Below the pieces are notes generated by a model. The model was not told the DNA's origin and searched no databases. It worked only from the letters and a program-made list of their open reading frames with translations. From positions 1-64,000 of the IMG/VR virus record IMGVR_UViG_3300024999_000029: a stretch of 64,000 bases of DNA; one strand, given 5' to 3'. The position numbers and the translations under genes were made by a program. This document shows positions 31,511-43,006 of this stretch, in pieces (within the stretch, counting starts at the first letter, position 1; each line of letters begins with the position of its first letter).

Positions 31511-31585
31511 TGGAGACTCTAGTAGGACTTGAACCTACGATGATAGTTTTGCAGACTATCGCCTTACCATCTTGGCTATAGAGTC
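31511..31585 (-). tRNA. tRNA-Cys (GCA), CCA encoded
   Basis: GACTCTA/TAGAGTC acceptor, GCC/GGC D-stem, ATAGT-CTGCAAA-ACTAT anticodon arm, GTAGG-TTCAAGT-CCTAC, U73-CCA. Confidence 0.97.
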
Positions 31586-31595
31586 ATATTAAATT

Positions 31596-31801
31596 GTGGC
31601 TGGCGGGATTGGCTACCCGCAATTGATGGTACTGTGGCTCTAATAATCTACACTAACGCTGCAATACGTTACACCTTTCGCCTAGGACTCTTGCCACCAT
31701 GTGGGTACATTCAGGATGTTCTCACGCCTCGATTATTAGTTTAACCACGCTTTCCACATCGGATTATTGTCTTGACCGCCTTTAAATTTGGCTACAGCCA
31801 C
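31596..31801 (-). ncRNA. tRNA-like RNA, 206 nt, with large structured insert
   Basis: Acceptor GTGGCTG/CAGCCAC, TA-GCC-AAATTTAAA-GGC D-arm, GCGGG-TAGCCAAT-CCCGC T-like arm; insert with CTAATAATC/GATTATTAG helix. Confidence 0.7.
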
Positions 31802-31926
31802 GTATTTCCAACCCTATAAACCCCATACTTTGTTCAAGCAGCTTCCGCAAACTTAGGTTAGTAAAATTAAGGAGGATTCGCACTTGTCGAGCGTTGATCC
31901 AATTTCTCACCTTAATTTAAGTTTTT

Positions 31927-31974
31927 ATCTGTGCTGTCTAACGTTGACAAGTTCCAATATTTCACCACACAGAT
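31927..31974 (-). ncRNA. Minimal tRNA-like RNA, 48 nt (acceptor + D-like + T-like arm only)
   Basis: ATCTGTG-TG-GTGAAATATTGGAAC-TTGTC-AACGTTA-GACAG-CACAGAT. Confidence 0.45.
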
Positions 31975-32110
31975 TTTTAGAGGGAATATAATTTACCTAC
32001 AAATCCCGACATCTAAACACATTAGCAATTTCCACTATCCAATGCCAAACTCAGTCAAGTGTTTCGCTTTCACAGTGGTTTGTGTCAGCTAGTTTAAGCA
32101 AAACTATCTT

Positions 32111-32638
32111 TTATCTTGATATTAAAAACTTATTAACTGCTTCCTCCACCTTATCTAATCCTTCTTCAACTGGTATATAAGCATCAAAGTTATAATAATC
32201 TAAATCTGTCTCACTTATATGATTCTGCTGTTCTTTTGATAATGGACTTACTAATCCTTTTCTAACTACTCTTACAGACATTTCTTCAAAATCTGGAGAA
32301 TTCATTATATTAACTTCATTCCTAAATCTTGTATCTGGAATGATAATCACATCATATTCTCTACCGAAAGTTTTAATAAACTCTCTTATAACATTAACCC
32401 AAACATCTAGATTTACATTTCTACCTTTGTCTGTACCAATTTCTTGCCACTTTGATCTATTTTCACTAGTCTTTTCACGTGTAGCTCCGAAATAATTTAC
32501 ACAACAGTCTTTTACGTAATCCGCATAATGTACTATTAATACCTTTTTACCTTCTTGTTCTAGACTATTTTTAATCATCATTGCAATTGTGTCTTTCCCT
32601 GACGTTGCCTTTCCCGAAATCTGCATTATTAACGTCAC
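32111..32638 (-). CDS. P-loop nucleoside-monophosphate kinase-like protein (phage dNMP kinase type)
   Basis: ISGKATSGKDT, YADYVKD, WQEIGTD, IIPDTRFRNE, HISETDLD. Confidence 0.75.
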   Translation of the reverse strand: MTLIMQISGKATSGKDTIAMMIKNSLEQEGKKVLIVHYADYVKDCCVNYFGATREKTSENRSKWQEIGTDKGRNVNLDVWVNVIREFIKTFGREYDVIIIPDTRFRNEVNIMNSPDFEEMSVRVVRKGLVSPLSKEQQNHISETDLDYYNFDAYIPVEEGLDKVEEAVNKFLISR

Positions 32639-32656
32639 CTTAACTAACCTCCACTT

Positions 32657-33286
32657 TTATATTTTATCTTTCAAAACGTAAACATCTAGTTTCCTTACTC
32701 CAAAATCCATAGCATCTGATTTATTATTCATATACACATCAATACAATTATTCTTTATTGCTCCTCCTCTATCTTCAGTTATAAATATTCCTTCATTCGG
32801 GTAATCTTTAAAGTATGGTATGTACACTTTAGTTCCAAACGGTATTTGTTTACCTGTTGCTATTGTTCTCCATTGCTTAACATATTTACCACTTGCAGTT
32901 ACTCCAAACGCAGGATCTGAAGGTTCTTTATCACATTCATAAGCTGTATAAGCAGTAACTTTCATTCTTGATTTTTCAATTATATCAAATCTATCAAAGC
33001 TACCTCTCGATGCTAATTTTACTTCTTTCTCTTTTATATTTTGCTTTATTGGTGTAACTATTGGTTCTTTTGCTTTTGGAATATCTAAGGATTCCTTAAC
33101 TTCAATATTTAATTTAGGTGCTGGATTAACTACTTTTTCGATACCATTCTTGATACTTTGGAAAACTAGCAACGATGCTGCTGTCAATATGATTGCTATA
33201 ATAAATGAGAATCTTTTTAAGTCACGTATTCTTATTCCGTATTTTCGATTTGTTTTTAGAGATTTGAATATTAGTTTTTTGAACAT
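32657..33286 (-). CDS. Membrane-anchored 3D-domain (lytic transglycosylase-like) protein
   Basis: TM helix, then MKVTAY..., TASG, TIAT, IPFGTKVYI, EDRGGAIKNNCIDVY. Confidence 0.85.
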   Translation of the reverse strand: MFKKLIFKSLKTNRKYGIRIRDLKRFSFIIAIILTAASLLVFQSIKNGIEKVVNPAPKLNIEVKESLDIPKAKEPIVTPIKQNIKEKEVKLASRGSFDRFDIIEKSRMKVTAYTAYECDKEPSDPAFGVTASGKYVKQWRTIATGKQIPFGTKVYIPYFKDYPNEGIFITEDRGGAIKNNCIDVYMNNKSDAMDFGVRKLDVYVLKDKI

Positions 33287-33313
33287 TACTTTTATCCCCT
33301 CCCTTCATTTAAG

Positions 33314-33342
33314 ATTATACATGAATCATTTGCCAGTGTCAA
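33314..33342 (-). promoter_or_regulatory. Consensus SigA promoter
   Basis: TTGACA-17 nt-TATAAT. Confidence 0.85.
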
Positions 33343-33372
33343 TAACTATTTTATATTTTAGTTCTATTATTT

Positions 33373-34041
33373 TTAAATTATTACTCTCTCAAAGTCCAAT
33401 GTCTCAGTATCTATCATCCAACCTCTTAATTCATTTCTTTCGTACCTACAGGCACAATTAAATATCATTGTCTCATCTATTTTATCAACTCCAAATGCCT
33501 CATGAATATGCCCGCATAACCATATTTTAGGTTGCTTTTCTACTATTATTTCCCTTACGCTCTTACTACCAACTTCTCTACCATCATTGCACTTGTCCAA
33601 ACATTTATATGGAGGATCATGAGCAACTACAATTGATTGATTATCTATCTGCAATTTACTTAATTCATAGAATATTTTATTTTCATTAGCTTCTCTATTA
33701 GTTGTAAATGGCGTAATATGCACTAATTCAAATGGTACTAAAAATTGTTTTGTGTAGTGACAATTTGGCAAATAACTTAAATCATAACTGTCTGCTTCAA
33801 GCCAATCATCGTTCCCCAAAATATAGTATGTTCGATATTTATCTGATTGCAATATATTTAATATATCGTATAAGTCTTGTTTTTGTTTTTTACCAAATTC
33901 TAATAATGTTCCTCCCCAATTTTTCCCACCAATATCTCCACAAATTATTAATTCTTCAATATCTGATGTGTTTAAAAATTCTTTAAGGCTATGTGCAATT
34001 GTATGATTGCCGTGTATATCACTAGTTGCAAAGATTTTCAT
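33373..34041 (-). CDS. Calcineurin-like metallophosphoesterase
   Basis: SDIHG, CGDI, LGNDD, AHDPP, CGHIHE. Confidence 0.9.
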   Translation of the reverse strand: MKIFATSDIHGNHTIAHSLKEFLNTSDIEELIICGDIGGKNWGGTLLEFGKKQKQDLYDILNILQSDKYRTYYILGNDDWLEADSYDLSYLPNCHYTKQFLVPFELVHITPFTTNREANENKIFYELSKLQIDNQSIVVAHDPPYKCLDKCNDGREVGSKSVREIIVEKQPKIWLCGHIHEAFGVDKIDETMIFNCACRYERNELRGWMIDTETLDFERVII

Positions 34042-34285
34042 TTTTTATACCCCGTTATTACTCAAATTTTGATTTTCTTAATAAATCGTATTCCTTTTCA
34101 GGTATCTCTATCGCTTCAGTTAAAACTATATTATCAACATTATAAGTTTTAATTTTATCTTTATAATCATGTAAAAATTTAATGTCCCTGTATTGACAGC
34201 TGCATATTCCTATTAATTCCCTATTTTCCTTTACTTCTTTAAAATATTTATGCATAATTTTTACCTTTCTATTAAAATTGCCGTT

Positions 34286-34501
34286 TTATATAATTATTTT
34301 ATTTACTTCGTACTGATTAAAAATTGACGAATCAATATCAAAAATTTCATTAGAACAATCACCAATCCAACCATGATGACAGTCTGACCACCTCACTGTA
34401 AATGTAGCATCGTTCCCATCAATTGTTTTACCAAATAATTTGTCACCATCATAAATTAATTTTTCATTTTTATCATAATAACCTGTAGCTTTTCTATCCA
34501 T
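34286..34501 (-). CDS. Short YopX-like protein
   Basis: TGYYDKNEKLIYDGD resembles the YopX TGLKDKNGKEIYEGD motif. Confidence 0.6.
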   Translation of the reverse strand: MDRKATGYYDKNEKLIYDGDKLFGKTIDGNDATFTVRWSDCHHGWIGDCSNEIFDIDSSIFNQYEVNKIII

Positions 34502-37253
34502 ATCTCTCTCCTTTATATGAAACCGAGATTTTATTTACTTTCTTTTATTCTTACAAAATATTCTTTACACAATTTTTCTTCACAAGGAATAGTTTCAATT
34601 ATTTTAAGCCATTCATTATTGTCATTCACCTTATCTTTATACTCTTTAATTAGATCATAAATAAAGTAAAATCCCTGTGCCATCCCAAGCATATAATATT
34701 TATGATCAGATGATTCTTGAAATATTTCTCTATGTATTTTTTCTGCTTCAGTACGTTTATAATAGTTTTTCATTTGCATCATTGGCTCTATATTCATTCT
34801 TAATAATCCTCTCTATAATATCAGTCTTTTATATATTCATTTACACATCCCTTACAAGTTGACCTGCTACATTCACCACAAAAATTCCTTGAGGATTCCA
34901 TCCCACTCCGCCGCCATGACATCCACCTACTTCATCAACAATATCTAATTCTTGTTCAAATATTTCATTTTCCATATTATCTCCTTAAATATGCTCAAAA
35001 TAATACCATTCTACAAGCCATTTTAAGCCACTTTTATTTGGTAGGCTGTATGATTTAACCTGCTGAAATTATGTGAATCATTCAACGTTAATAATAATCT
35101 CACTTTTACAATTGCAAAGTTCTATATAATTTATAATATCAAACGATTCTTCAGGCGTAGCAATTAATATATGTTGGTCTGGCAATTCTAATAATTTTCT
35201 AGCCAATTCATGTGAATCCATTTATATTTTCCTTTCCTTAATGTAATGTTTGATTCAAATTATTTGCAGTACTTTAATAAAATCAGTTCTATTAACAGAT
35301 ACCTCTCTATCTCCAATTTTTAACCATACAATGTCTTTATCTTTTGTAGTTTGTATTATTAATTTGCTAGTAGAAAGAACATTATAGCTATCACTCTCTA
35401 ATTTTAGTTCCATTTTAATATTCATATTTGATTCTCCTTTCTACAAAAGAAATATTTTAATTAGTTTTTAACCAAGGTGTCGGTATTTTATTTAACTTAT
35501 CAAAATTTGGTTCATATGTTGATAAAGTAATTTCTTTCATTTTAGGTAAATAATTTTTATCCATATATTCTGAAATTATTTGACAAGCTGTAGCCATTAT
35601 TTCTTCTTCATCCATATCGTTTACATATGTTTCTACCATAGGCAGTAAAGCACATTGTAATCGAAATAAGAAAAATTGATATTTATTTTTAAATTCGTCC
35701 ATATAATCCTCCTTGATTTGAATCAGACTATCTTTTATTTACAATCTTCACAATATACTTCACCATTCTTTTCTATTAGTGCTTCATTTTTGCATATGTA
35801 GCTCCCACATTTGCTACAAATAACTACTGATGCTTCTAATGATTTTACTGCATCTAGCGGATCATCATAAATGCCCTCAGTAATACTCTCTGGATAAGCA
35901 CAAAAATTTGCTTTATATCCCTCTGATGAAGAATCTGAATAATAAGTCAACTCTACTCTCATGTCAGATTCTTCATTTATTCGTAAGATTAATTCATGTA
36001 AGTTTCCCATAATTCCTCCCTAGATACTATTTCTTGTCATGTTTTACTCGCTTTCTCAAAATCCTCAATTGCTTGTATAGCTTCTTCTTTAGTACAATGA
36101 TATTCTTCCATATAATACATAACTGAAATCATAAAATCATTATATTCTGGTGAATATTCTTTCAACATTGATTCATTCATATAATTTCTCCTCTACTTAA
36201 AACTATCATTTATTGTTTTTATATTTTTCATATGTAAATGATTTTTTATTATCCCAATCTTCAATTAAATCAGTTCTCATCTGCATCATAGTTCCTTGTC
36301 CCCAAGCGATTCTACATAATATATTCATATCCTCATATTTCAAACAAAAATGATAATTTTCAAATGGGTTATCTTCATCTATGAGACACTTGTGTTTATC
36401 AATAGCGTATTCATAGACATCTCTAAACAACAAAGTGAAATCTGCTTCTGAAAACTGATAATTTTTAGGAAAGTATAATATTTCTTCATTATCAATGAAG
36501 TTGTTTTGTTTTAAATGGTTATAAATACTATTCATAATATTGTCTCTTTTTTGTGATAAACACAGCTTATCATTTTCGAGTTGCTCTATTATTTTATTCA
36601 TAGTCTTTATTATTTCTTCACCCGCCAGTTTTTTCATATTTGCCCTACTTTCTTTAAAATTACTATTTTATCATAAATTTCGTTTTTGAACGCCTACTCT
36701 CGTAAGGGTTACAAAGTTGAAAAAGTCTAACATTTCATTATTGTATATATTTTATGGGAGCTACCATTAATTCTCGATGTATAATGTCATAAACTTTAGA
36801 GTGAGTGATTGATAAAAGGATTCCAATGAGAATGTCAATTATTTCAACTTCCATATAAGCTTTCTTAGTATCAATAGTGGCATAAAATATAATTTTATTA
36901 GTCTTAATTTCATATCTATTTATATCAATAGTGCTGCATATATGTATAAACGCACAATTCCTTATAAATAATTTTTGATAATCATCTTCAAAATCTTCAA
37001 TATACATAGATATAACTTCATCTATAAATGCTTTATAATTCATTTCCATAAACACAAACATACCTAGATTTTCGTCTTCACATTTTTTAGCCTCTAAATA
37101 CTTTTTGTATTTGGGATTATTTTTGGCAATCATATCTGCTAACATTTGTAGCTCACTTACAGTGAGTTCATTACTTCGGTCAACATTCTCTTTCATTTCT
37201 TTCATATTAATTTTCATTCTTGTTCTCCTTAATTTTTATTTGAAATGATGCTT

Positions 37254-38003
37254 TTATATAAACATTACGCCATCCTCTTTGTGAATAACAAAGTCGTCAT
37301 TTAACATATTGAACCATTCTTCCTTTGTGGCTTTATAACTAGCAAATGTAGTTGCGTTTTCTTCACACCATTCACACAATTCTTCAAGTGTTTCAAATAC
37401 TGGTGACGACGGGCTACCTTCACTCGTTGTTTCCCAAAGTTGATAACCTTCGCCTACAGGTGGTTCAAATTCTTTCCAGTCATCATGAAGTTTTTTTATT
37501 TCATCAGATTGCCAAAGTACACCTGTGCCACCACAACATTGACATTCACCATGTATCCCTAATCTTTTTGCTCTTGCTTCAGCGCATACCCAATGATTTA
37601 TACTATCATGCCCCATTGTCTTTCTTGCCCATGTGTTTATTTCTTCTGCGGTTGGAATATATCCATTGTTAAAAGGTAGCCAACTATTTCCGCCATCCTC
37701 TATTTTTTTCTTAACAATTTCTCTTTGTTCATCATTAACTGGCACTCTCGTAAAATCCATAAGTCTTCCAGCATCAAGCAGAGCTTGAACATCTTCTTGT
37801 TCTAATTGATACATCCATCCTTCTTTTCCATCTGTTCGTAAATGCGTATACCAATCATCACTTAATCTTTTTGTTTCTGGATTTTGTCCTGACCCTTTAC
37901 AGGATTTACACTCCATAGACCTGTATGGATTTATATATCCTTTCCATACTTGCCTTAATGGATAATCAAAATTCAAAGGCACTCTTTTTAATTCTCTTCC
38001 CAT
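37254..38003 (-). CDS. Hypothetical phage protein with two CxxCxGxG motifs
   Basis: CKSCKGSG and CQCCGGTG; YQLWETTSEGSP. Confidence 0.65.
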   Translation of the reverse strand: MGRELKRVPLNFDYPLRQVWKGYINPYRSMECKSCKGSGQNPETKRLSDDWYTHLRTDGKEGWMYQLEQEDVQALLDAGRLMDFTRVPVNDEQREIVKKKIEDGGNSWLPFNNGYIPTAEEINTWARKTMGHDSINHWVCAEARAKRLGIHGECQCCGGTGVLWQSDEIKKLHDDWKEFEPPVGEGYQLWETTSEGSPSSPVFETLEELCEWCEENATTFASYKATKEEWFNMLNDDFVIHKEDGVMFI

Positions 38004-38037
38004 TTTACTCTCCTTAAATTTATTTAAAATCTACATA

Positions 38038-38874
38038 TTATATAAATTCCTCAATATAACTCCTATCCTGCGTGAATATTGGAATATCTTTATCAACTAC
38101 CCATTCCTTTCTTTCAATTTGACCTTCAAAATATAAATTGCTTTCTTTTCCACCAATCATAAGTGGCTTCTCATTTTCTTTTATGATTGTCTTTTTAATA
38201 ATACATGCTCCACGTTTTTGATATGTAGGCAAGTCATTAAAATTTATTTCCTTTTCTTGAAATAACATTTCTTGAATTTGATTGCAATTCAGATTCTGAA
38301 GCTGTTTATGTGAAAAATTAGCCTGACCAACCATCTGAATAGCATTTCTAGTTGCGTCTTGTTGTCTCCAAATAAAAGCGTTACACACTTCTTCTTTTGG
38401 AATATTATAGACTCTACTATCAAATAGTGCAGCATTAATTCTTTTTGAGTAAGTCATAGACTGAGTAACAGTGTCATTATTAACTTCATTGTCTAAAATA
38501 TAACTATCAAGCTTATTTTTAAATGAATTATTAAAAGCCAATGTAGCCATACTTGCAGATACAGAACACATTTTTTGTACGTTTTTATCAAACCATGCCT
38601 CGGTTGTAATATTATCATAATCAGTAAGCAATAACTGTATTTCATCGCTTTGAGTATAAGCTATTTTACAACCCATGATATTTTCACAAAGATATCTCGC
38701 TGTTTCCCACATTGTTTGCATTAGTATCATATCAAAAGGCTTCTGAAAACCCCTTGTAAAAGAACTAAAGCACTTCCCATCAATTCTAATGAGTGTTGGC
38801 GTCCTTCTAGTTAAATATCTCCGTTCAATATTTTCATAATCTTTCATGCGGTCTCCCAATAAATCATTTTTCAT
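38038..38874 (-). CDS. Thg1-like (tRNA-His guanylyltransferase family) 3'-5' polymerase
   Basis: RMKDYE, RIDGKCFSSFT, YTQSDEI, FDSR, WRQQDATRNA. Confidence 0.92.
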   Translation of the reverse strand: MKNDLLGDRMKDYENIERRYLTRRTPTLIRIDGKCFSSFTRGFQKPFDMILMQTMWETARYLCENIMGCKIAYTQSDEIQLLLTDYDNITTEAWFDKNVQKMCSVSASMATLAFNNSFKNKLDSYILDNEVNNDTVTQSMTYSKRINAALFDSRVYNIPKEEVCNAFIWRQQDATRNAIQMVGQANFSHKQLQNLNCNQIQEMLFQEKEINFNDLPTYQKRGACIIKKTIIKENEKPLMIGGKESNLYFEGQIERKEWVVDKDIPIFTQDRSYIEEFI

Positions 38875-38885
38875 ACAATCCTCCT

Positions 38886-39605
38886 TTATGGTGATATTTT
38901 ACTACCCCAATTTTTATGTTCTTTCTTATGACATTTTCTACATAAAGTAATTCCATTTTTAAATTCAATATCAATAATTTCAGGCTGTTTAATTAGCCAC
39001 ATATATTTTTCATCGTTATTTACAAATGATAAATTTGTTTCTTTTAATAGTTCTTTTATCAATGTTACAATTGGTATAATATGATGTGCGTCAATTTTTT
39101 CTATACTTCCACATTTTATACATTTATAATTATCTCGTTTATAAACATTCTTGTACCAATTTACATTTCTATGTATATAACCTTTTACTCTTTTTGTTAA
39201 TGAAGTAACGCCACCTTTCCATCCAGTAGCATTTATACCAATTTTATTTTTTCTACTAATAGACATTTTATTTTTTGTTTCAATAGAATGTTTTTTCTTA
39301 TACATTCCATTATTTTCTTTGCTTATATCTCTATCCTTAATTGCTTGTTTGTATTTATTACTGTTTTTTATTTTATTACTTAATTCTATTTTTTTATTTT
39401 TATCCCAATACTCTTTTGTTTGTTGAGGTTTCTGAGATATTTTACAAGCACATGAAGTACAATAATCTTTATCTTTGGATTTTAAACGTTTTCTTGACCT
39501 TTTTACATTTTTAAACGTTCTTTCAAATTCTGTAAGGCAATTATCACATATACAGTTTAAAATATCCAATTCTCCATAATTTTTAATATTATTTTGCGAA
39601 ATCAT
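38886..39605 (-). CDS. HNH endonuclease
   Basis: CIKC..DAHHII...NGITLCRKCHKKEH. Confidence 0.85.
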   Translation of the reverse strand: MISQNNIKNYGELDILNCICDNCLTEFERTFKNVKRSRKRLKSKDKDYCTSCACKISQKPQQTKEYWDKNKKIELSNKIKNSNKYKQAIKDRDISKENNGMYKKKHSIETKNKMSISRKNKIGINATGWKGGVTSLTKRVKGYIHRNVNWYKNVYKRDNYKCIKCGSIEKIDAHHIIPIVTLIKELLKETNLSFVNNDEKYMWLIKQPEIIDIEFKNGITLCRKCHKKEHKNWGSKISP

Positions 39606-42490
39606 ATTTTCCTTTCATACGATCACCTAAATTATCTTTACTCATTTTATTTCTCCCTTCGTTAAATATATGTTTTATTTAATTCAATCTCTTGCAGCAA
39701 TTCTTCTTTTACATCATTTCTTATTAAGTCTAATTCATCATGGTCAGAATAATGAGTTAGCACTCTTATTATATCGCCACTTCTCGTAAATAATTTTTGA
39801 GTACCATTAAATTTACACCAATACAAACCGAATGTTTTTCCAAAATCATTAGTGAACTCTTGAAGTATTGTTAAATCAGTTATTCTTTTCATTATTTATC
39901 CTTTCATTGAAATTAATCATATAATCCTATATTTTTATGTATAGCATCTCCTACAATTGTATATATTTCTACAAGTTTTTCGACTATCTCATGCCCTGTA
40001 ATAGCTTCATCTGGTCTGTACTTAGCAATTCCAGAATCTAATCCATGAGTTTGAAGAATTTCTATTACATTATTTGGCGAATACAATGCATTTAAATCAA
40101 CACCTTTTAACTTCTCAATAATTTCCTCTGTGTCCTTTTTTATATATTCATTTCTAGTCATAATTCACCTATTTTTTATTAATTTATCGTATTTTTCTTT
40201 GCTATACACCTACAACCGTAAGGTCTACAAATTTTATTTCCATTGCCTACGGTTTTAGCAATATCTTTTCCCGTAAGAATACAACATTGTTTAAACCCAT
40301 AATCATACTTTTTTAGAAACTTACAACATCCTCCATGCCAAATGTCATCACAATATTTAATTTCATAATCTGGTAATTCTATTTCCACCATCACTTTAGC
40401 CATAGCGATTCTCCCTAAAACATTCATTTTATTAAAATTCATACCTTCCACATCTAATTTCTTTATACATAATATCTTTATCATTATTATTGTTTGTATA
40501 AAATTCTTTAGTCTTTTTAAATGCAGCCAAAGAATAAAAATTATCTGTTTTACAAAACCAAACGTCGAAATAAGTATCGCATTTATACACTACGGAAATA
40601 TCTGTTGATATATAAAATGTCTGAGTCTCTTCATCAGGAAATTTTATCAATACCCCATCATCTACTTCTAAAATCAATAACTGACTCAGTAATTCCTCAA
40701 ATTCTTCATTGGTTTTATATGGCTTATCATCAATATCAAAGCCCGAAAATCCATACATTACATCATCAGTATCTTTCTTTATATTCCTTAAAGCATTTCT
40801 CCATACCTCGGCTAGTTCTTCTGTTTCACATATAATTACCGTATTTTTGGTTAACTGTGGAGCTTTGATTTCTAAATTTCCAATATTAAAATCTATTTGT
40901 TCTAACATAATTTCACCTCTTTTAATTTAATTACTTGCAACTTGATTTATTAGATAAGTCATTCTATCTAGATGCTTATCTGGTCTTATTTTAGTCTCAG
41001 TTTTATTAACTTTATTAAGTTGAGATACATTGCCCCATTTATTTAATACTTTTGGAGTATATTTTCTGTGTATTTGCCTATCATTTAATTGCCTGACGCT
41101 ATATTTTAACTCAGATATCTTTGGCTTTATTGCCGTAAGATGATTTATGAAATTCAAAGCCTCAATTTCATTTTTAACTTTTCTTCTTTCAATCATTATT
41201 TCTTGGATTTGTTTTGAATATTTATATCCACTACAAGCATCCATTCCAATATGATTTTCAATAAAATGCTCAACATCAGATCTTTTTCTATCACAAATAC
41301 TCAACTGCTCACGTAAATCTAAGATGTTTACATTAATATTTTCTGAAAGTTCTTCAATTCTTTGAGACAACCTATCTAATACTCCAATAGCAATACACAT
41401 TTTAATCACTCCTTTTATATTTTAGTTTATCATTGGTACTTAAAACCTTAATTTTATTTTCTTTTAAACTTAATATTTACTTTTACCTTTTTTTTATTTA
41501 TGTTTTCGACAATATCGTCTATCAATGTTTCTACTGCTTCTTCTTCATCTGCACAAATATCTGGAATACAGAGTCCATCATCCATTTTATATAATAAGCA
41601 TTCAGCCATTAATAATTTACTGTCTTCGTCTGACAATAGATAATGTTTGCATTCAACTCCTGTGTAGTCAATTATAATTATCTTTATAACTTCATCTGGA
41701 TAATAGCACAATTCATATTTCTCTGTTTCATATATGGTCATCACCATCTTGGTTTCCATTTCTGAATATTCTTGCTCATTAATTTGTTTTGTCATCTTTT
41801 TGTTCTCCTTTTATATTTTCATTAAAAATTTTGCACCTGTATATTTCTTTATTATGTCTTTCACATTTTCAAAATAACATTTTACACAATTTTTATAAGC
41901 AGTATCATATAAAACTATATCTTGTATTATATTCTCGTCATCTACTTCTATATACCCCCTAGTCGCTCCTAGATATCTAATTGCATAATTGTTTTTACAA
42001 TTGCCACTACATAAATAAGTACCACCACTGGGTTTTAAATGTTCAGTATGATTGGGCAATAAATAACCGTCCATCTCTCTAGTTAACTCATTTATCAATT
42101 CATCACAATTTTCATATTTCTTAATTGTAATAAGTTCCATCATTCTTTCTCCTTAATTTCCATAAAGATTCTATTTCATTTTAAAATCTATTAATAACTT
42201 CCTTTAAATCCTTCATATCATCTTCTGTCAATATAATTTCTTGAAATCTATGAGTTCCATGTCTTAATATATACCATATAGTTTTAAACCTATTTTTAAG
42301 TTTCGAGAAGAAACCATGTTGTTCAGAATAAAAGGCATCAATGCTAATATCAATATAATATTCTTTTGGTTCCTCACCATCAAAAAGCTTTCCAATTCCT
42401 ATAGATTCTGTTCCACAATCACACTGTATTACTATTTTAGTATTGTTTTTGTCTGTTAATATCATCGTTTCTCTCCTTTTTAGATAAGTC

Positions 42491-43006
42491 TTAGATTTTA
42501 ATTAAATTTGGATTATCATGTATATTTCCAATTATTTCTGTTTGTTCTCTTGTAAAGCTATTATTTTGTATATCTCCCAATGCAGTTCTAAATTGATGAA
42601 ATGGTGCTGAAAAATAATCAATATCTCTAACTACTACAAATCCTCCATTGACATCTATTACAATCCATTTTCTTTGCTGTTCATCTTGTAGTATATCTCC
42701 AGTGTATATCTTATTTTCTTTCTTATCTTTAAGCCTTACATACTGTCCTACTGTTTCAGAGTCTACTTCATTCCAAATAAAACTATCTTTTCCTAATACT
42801 TCGACAATATAATATTTTTCTTCCACTTCTACTAAGTTTCCAAATACCATTTTGTTAGAATTAATTGTGCCTTTATCTATGCAAATGCCTCTAAACTTTA
42901 TCTTTCTCATATGCCCTCCAATCTCAATAATACTCGTATTTGATTTAAATTTCACTACTGAATGAAAAATCAGCTTCCCATTTCTCGTCACAGTCATCAC
43001 ATTCAA
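42491..43006 (-). CDS. YopX family protein (likely start at MRKIKFRG)
   Basis: IKFRG, TVGQYVRLKDK..IYTGDI, EIIGNIHDNP. Confidence 0.85.
   Translation of the reverse strand: MNVMTVTRNGKLIFHSVVKFKSNTSIIEIGGHMRKIKFRGICIDKGTINSNKMVFGNLVEVEEKYYIVEVLGKDSFIWNEVDSETVGQYVRLKDKKENKIYTGDILQDEQQRKWIVIDVNGGFVVVRDIDYFSAPFHQFRTALGDIQNNSFTREQTEIIGNIHDNPNLIKI

Noticed and set aside
31596-31801. tmRNA or intron-containing tRNA call for the 206-nt RNA
   Set aside because: No G3-U70 pair, no CCA, a D-stem is present, and the insert looks too short for a group I intron and shows no recognisable core
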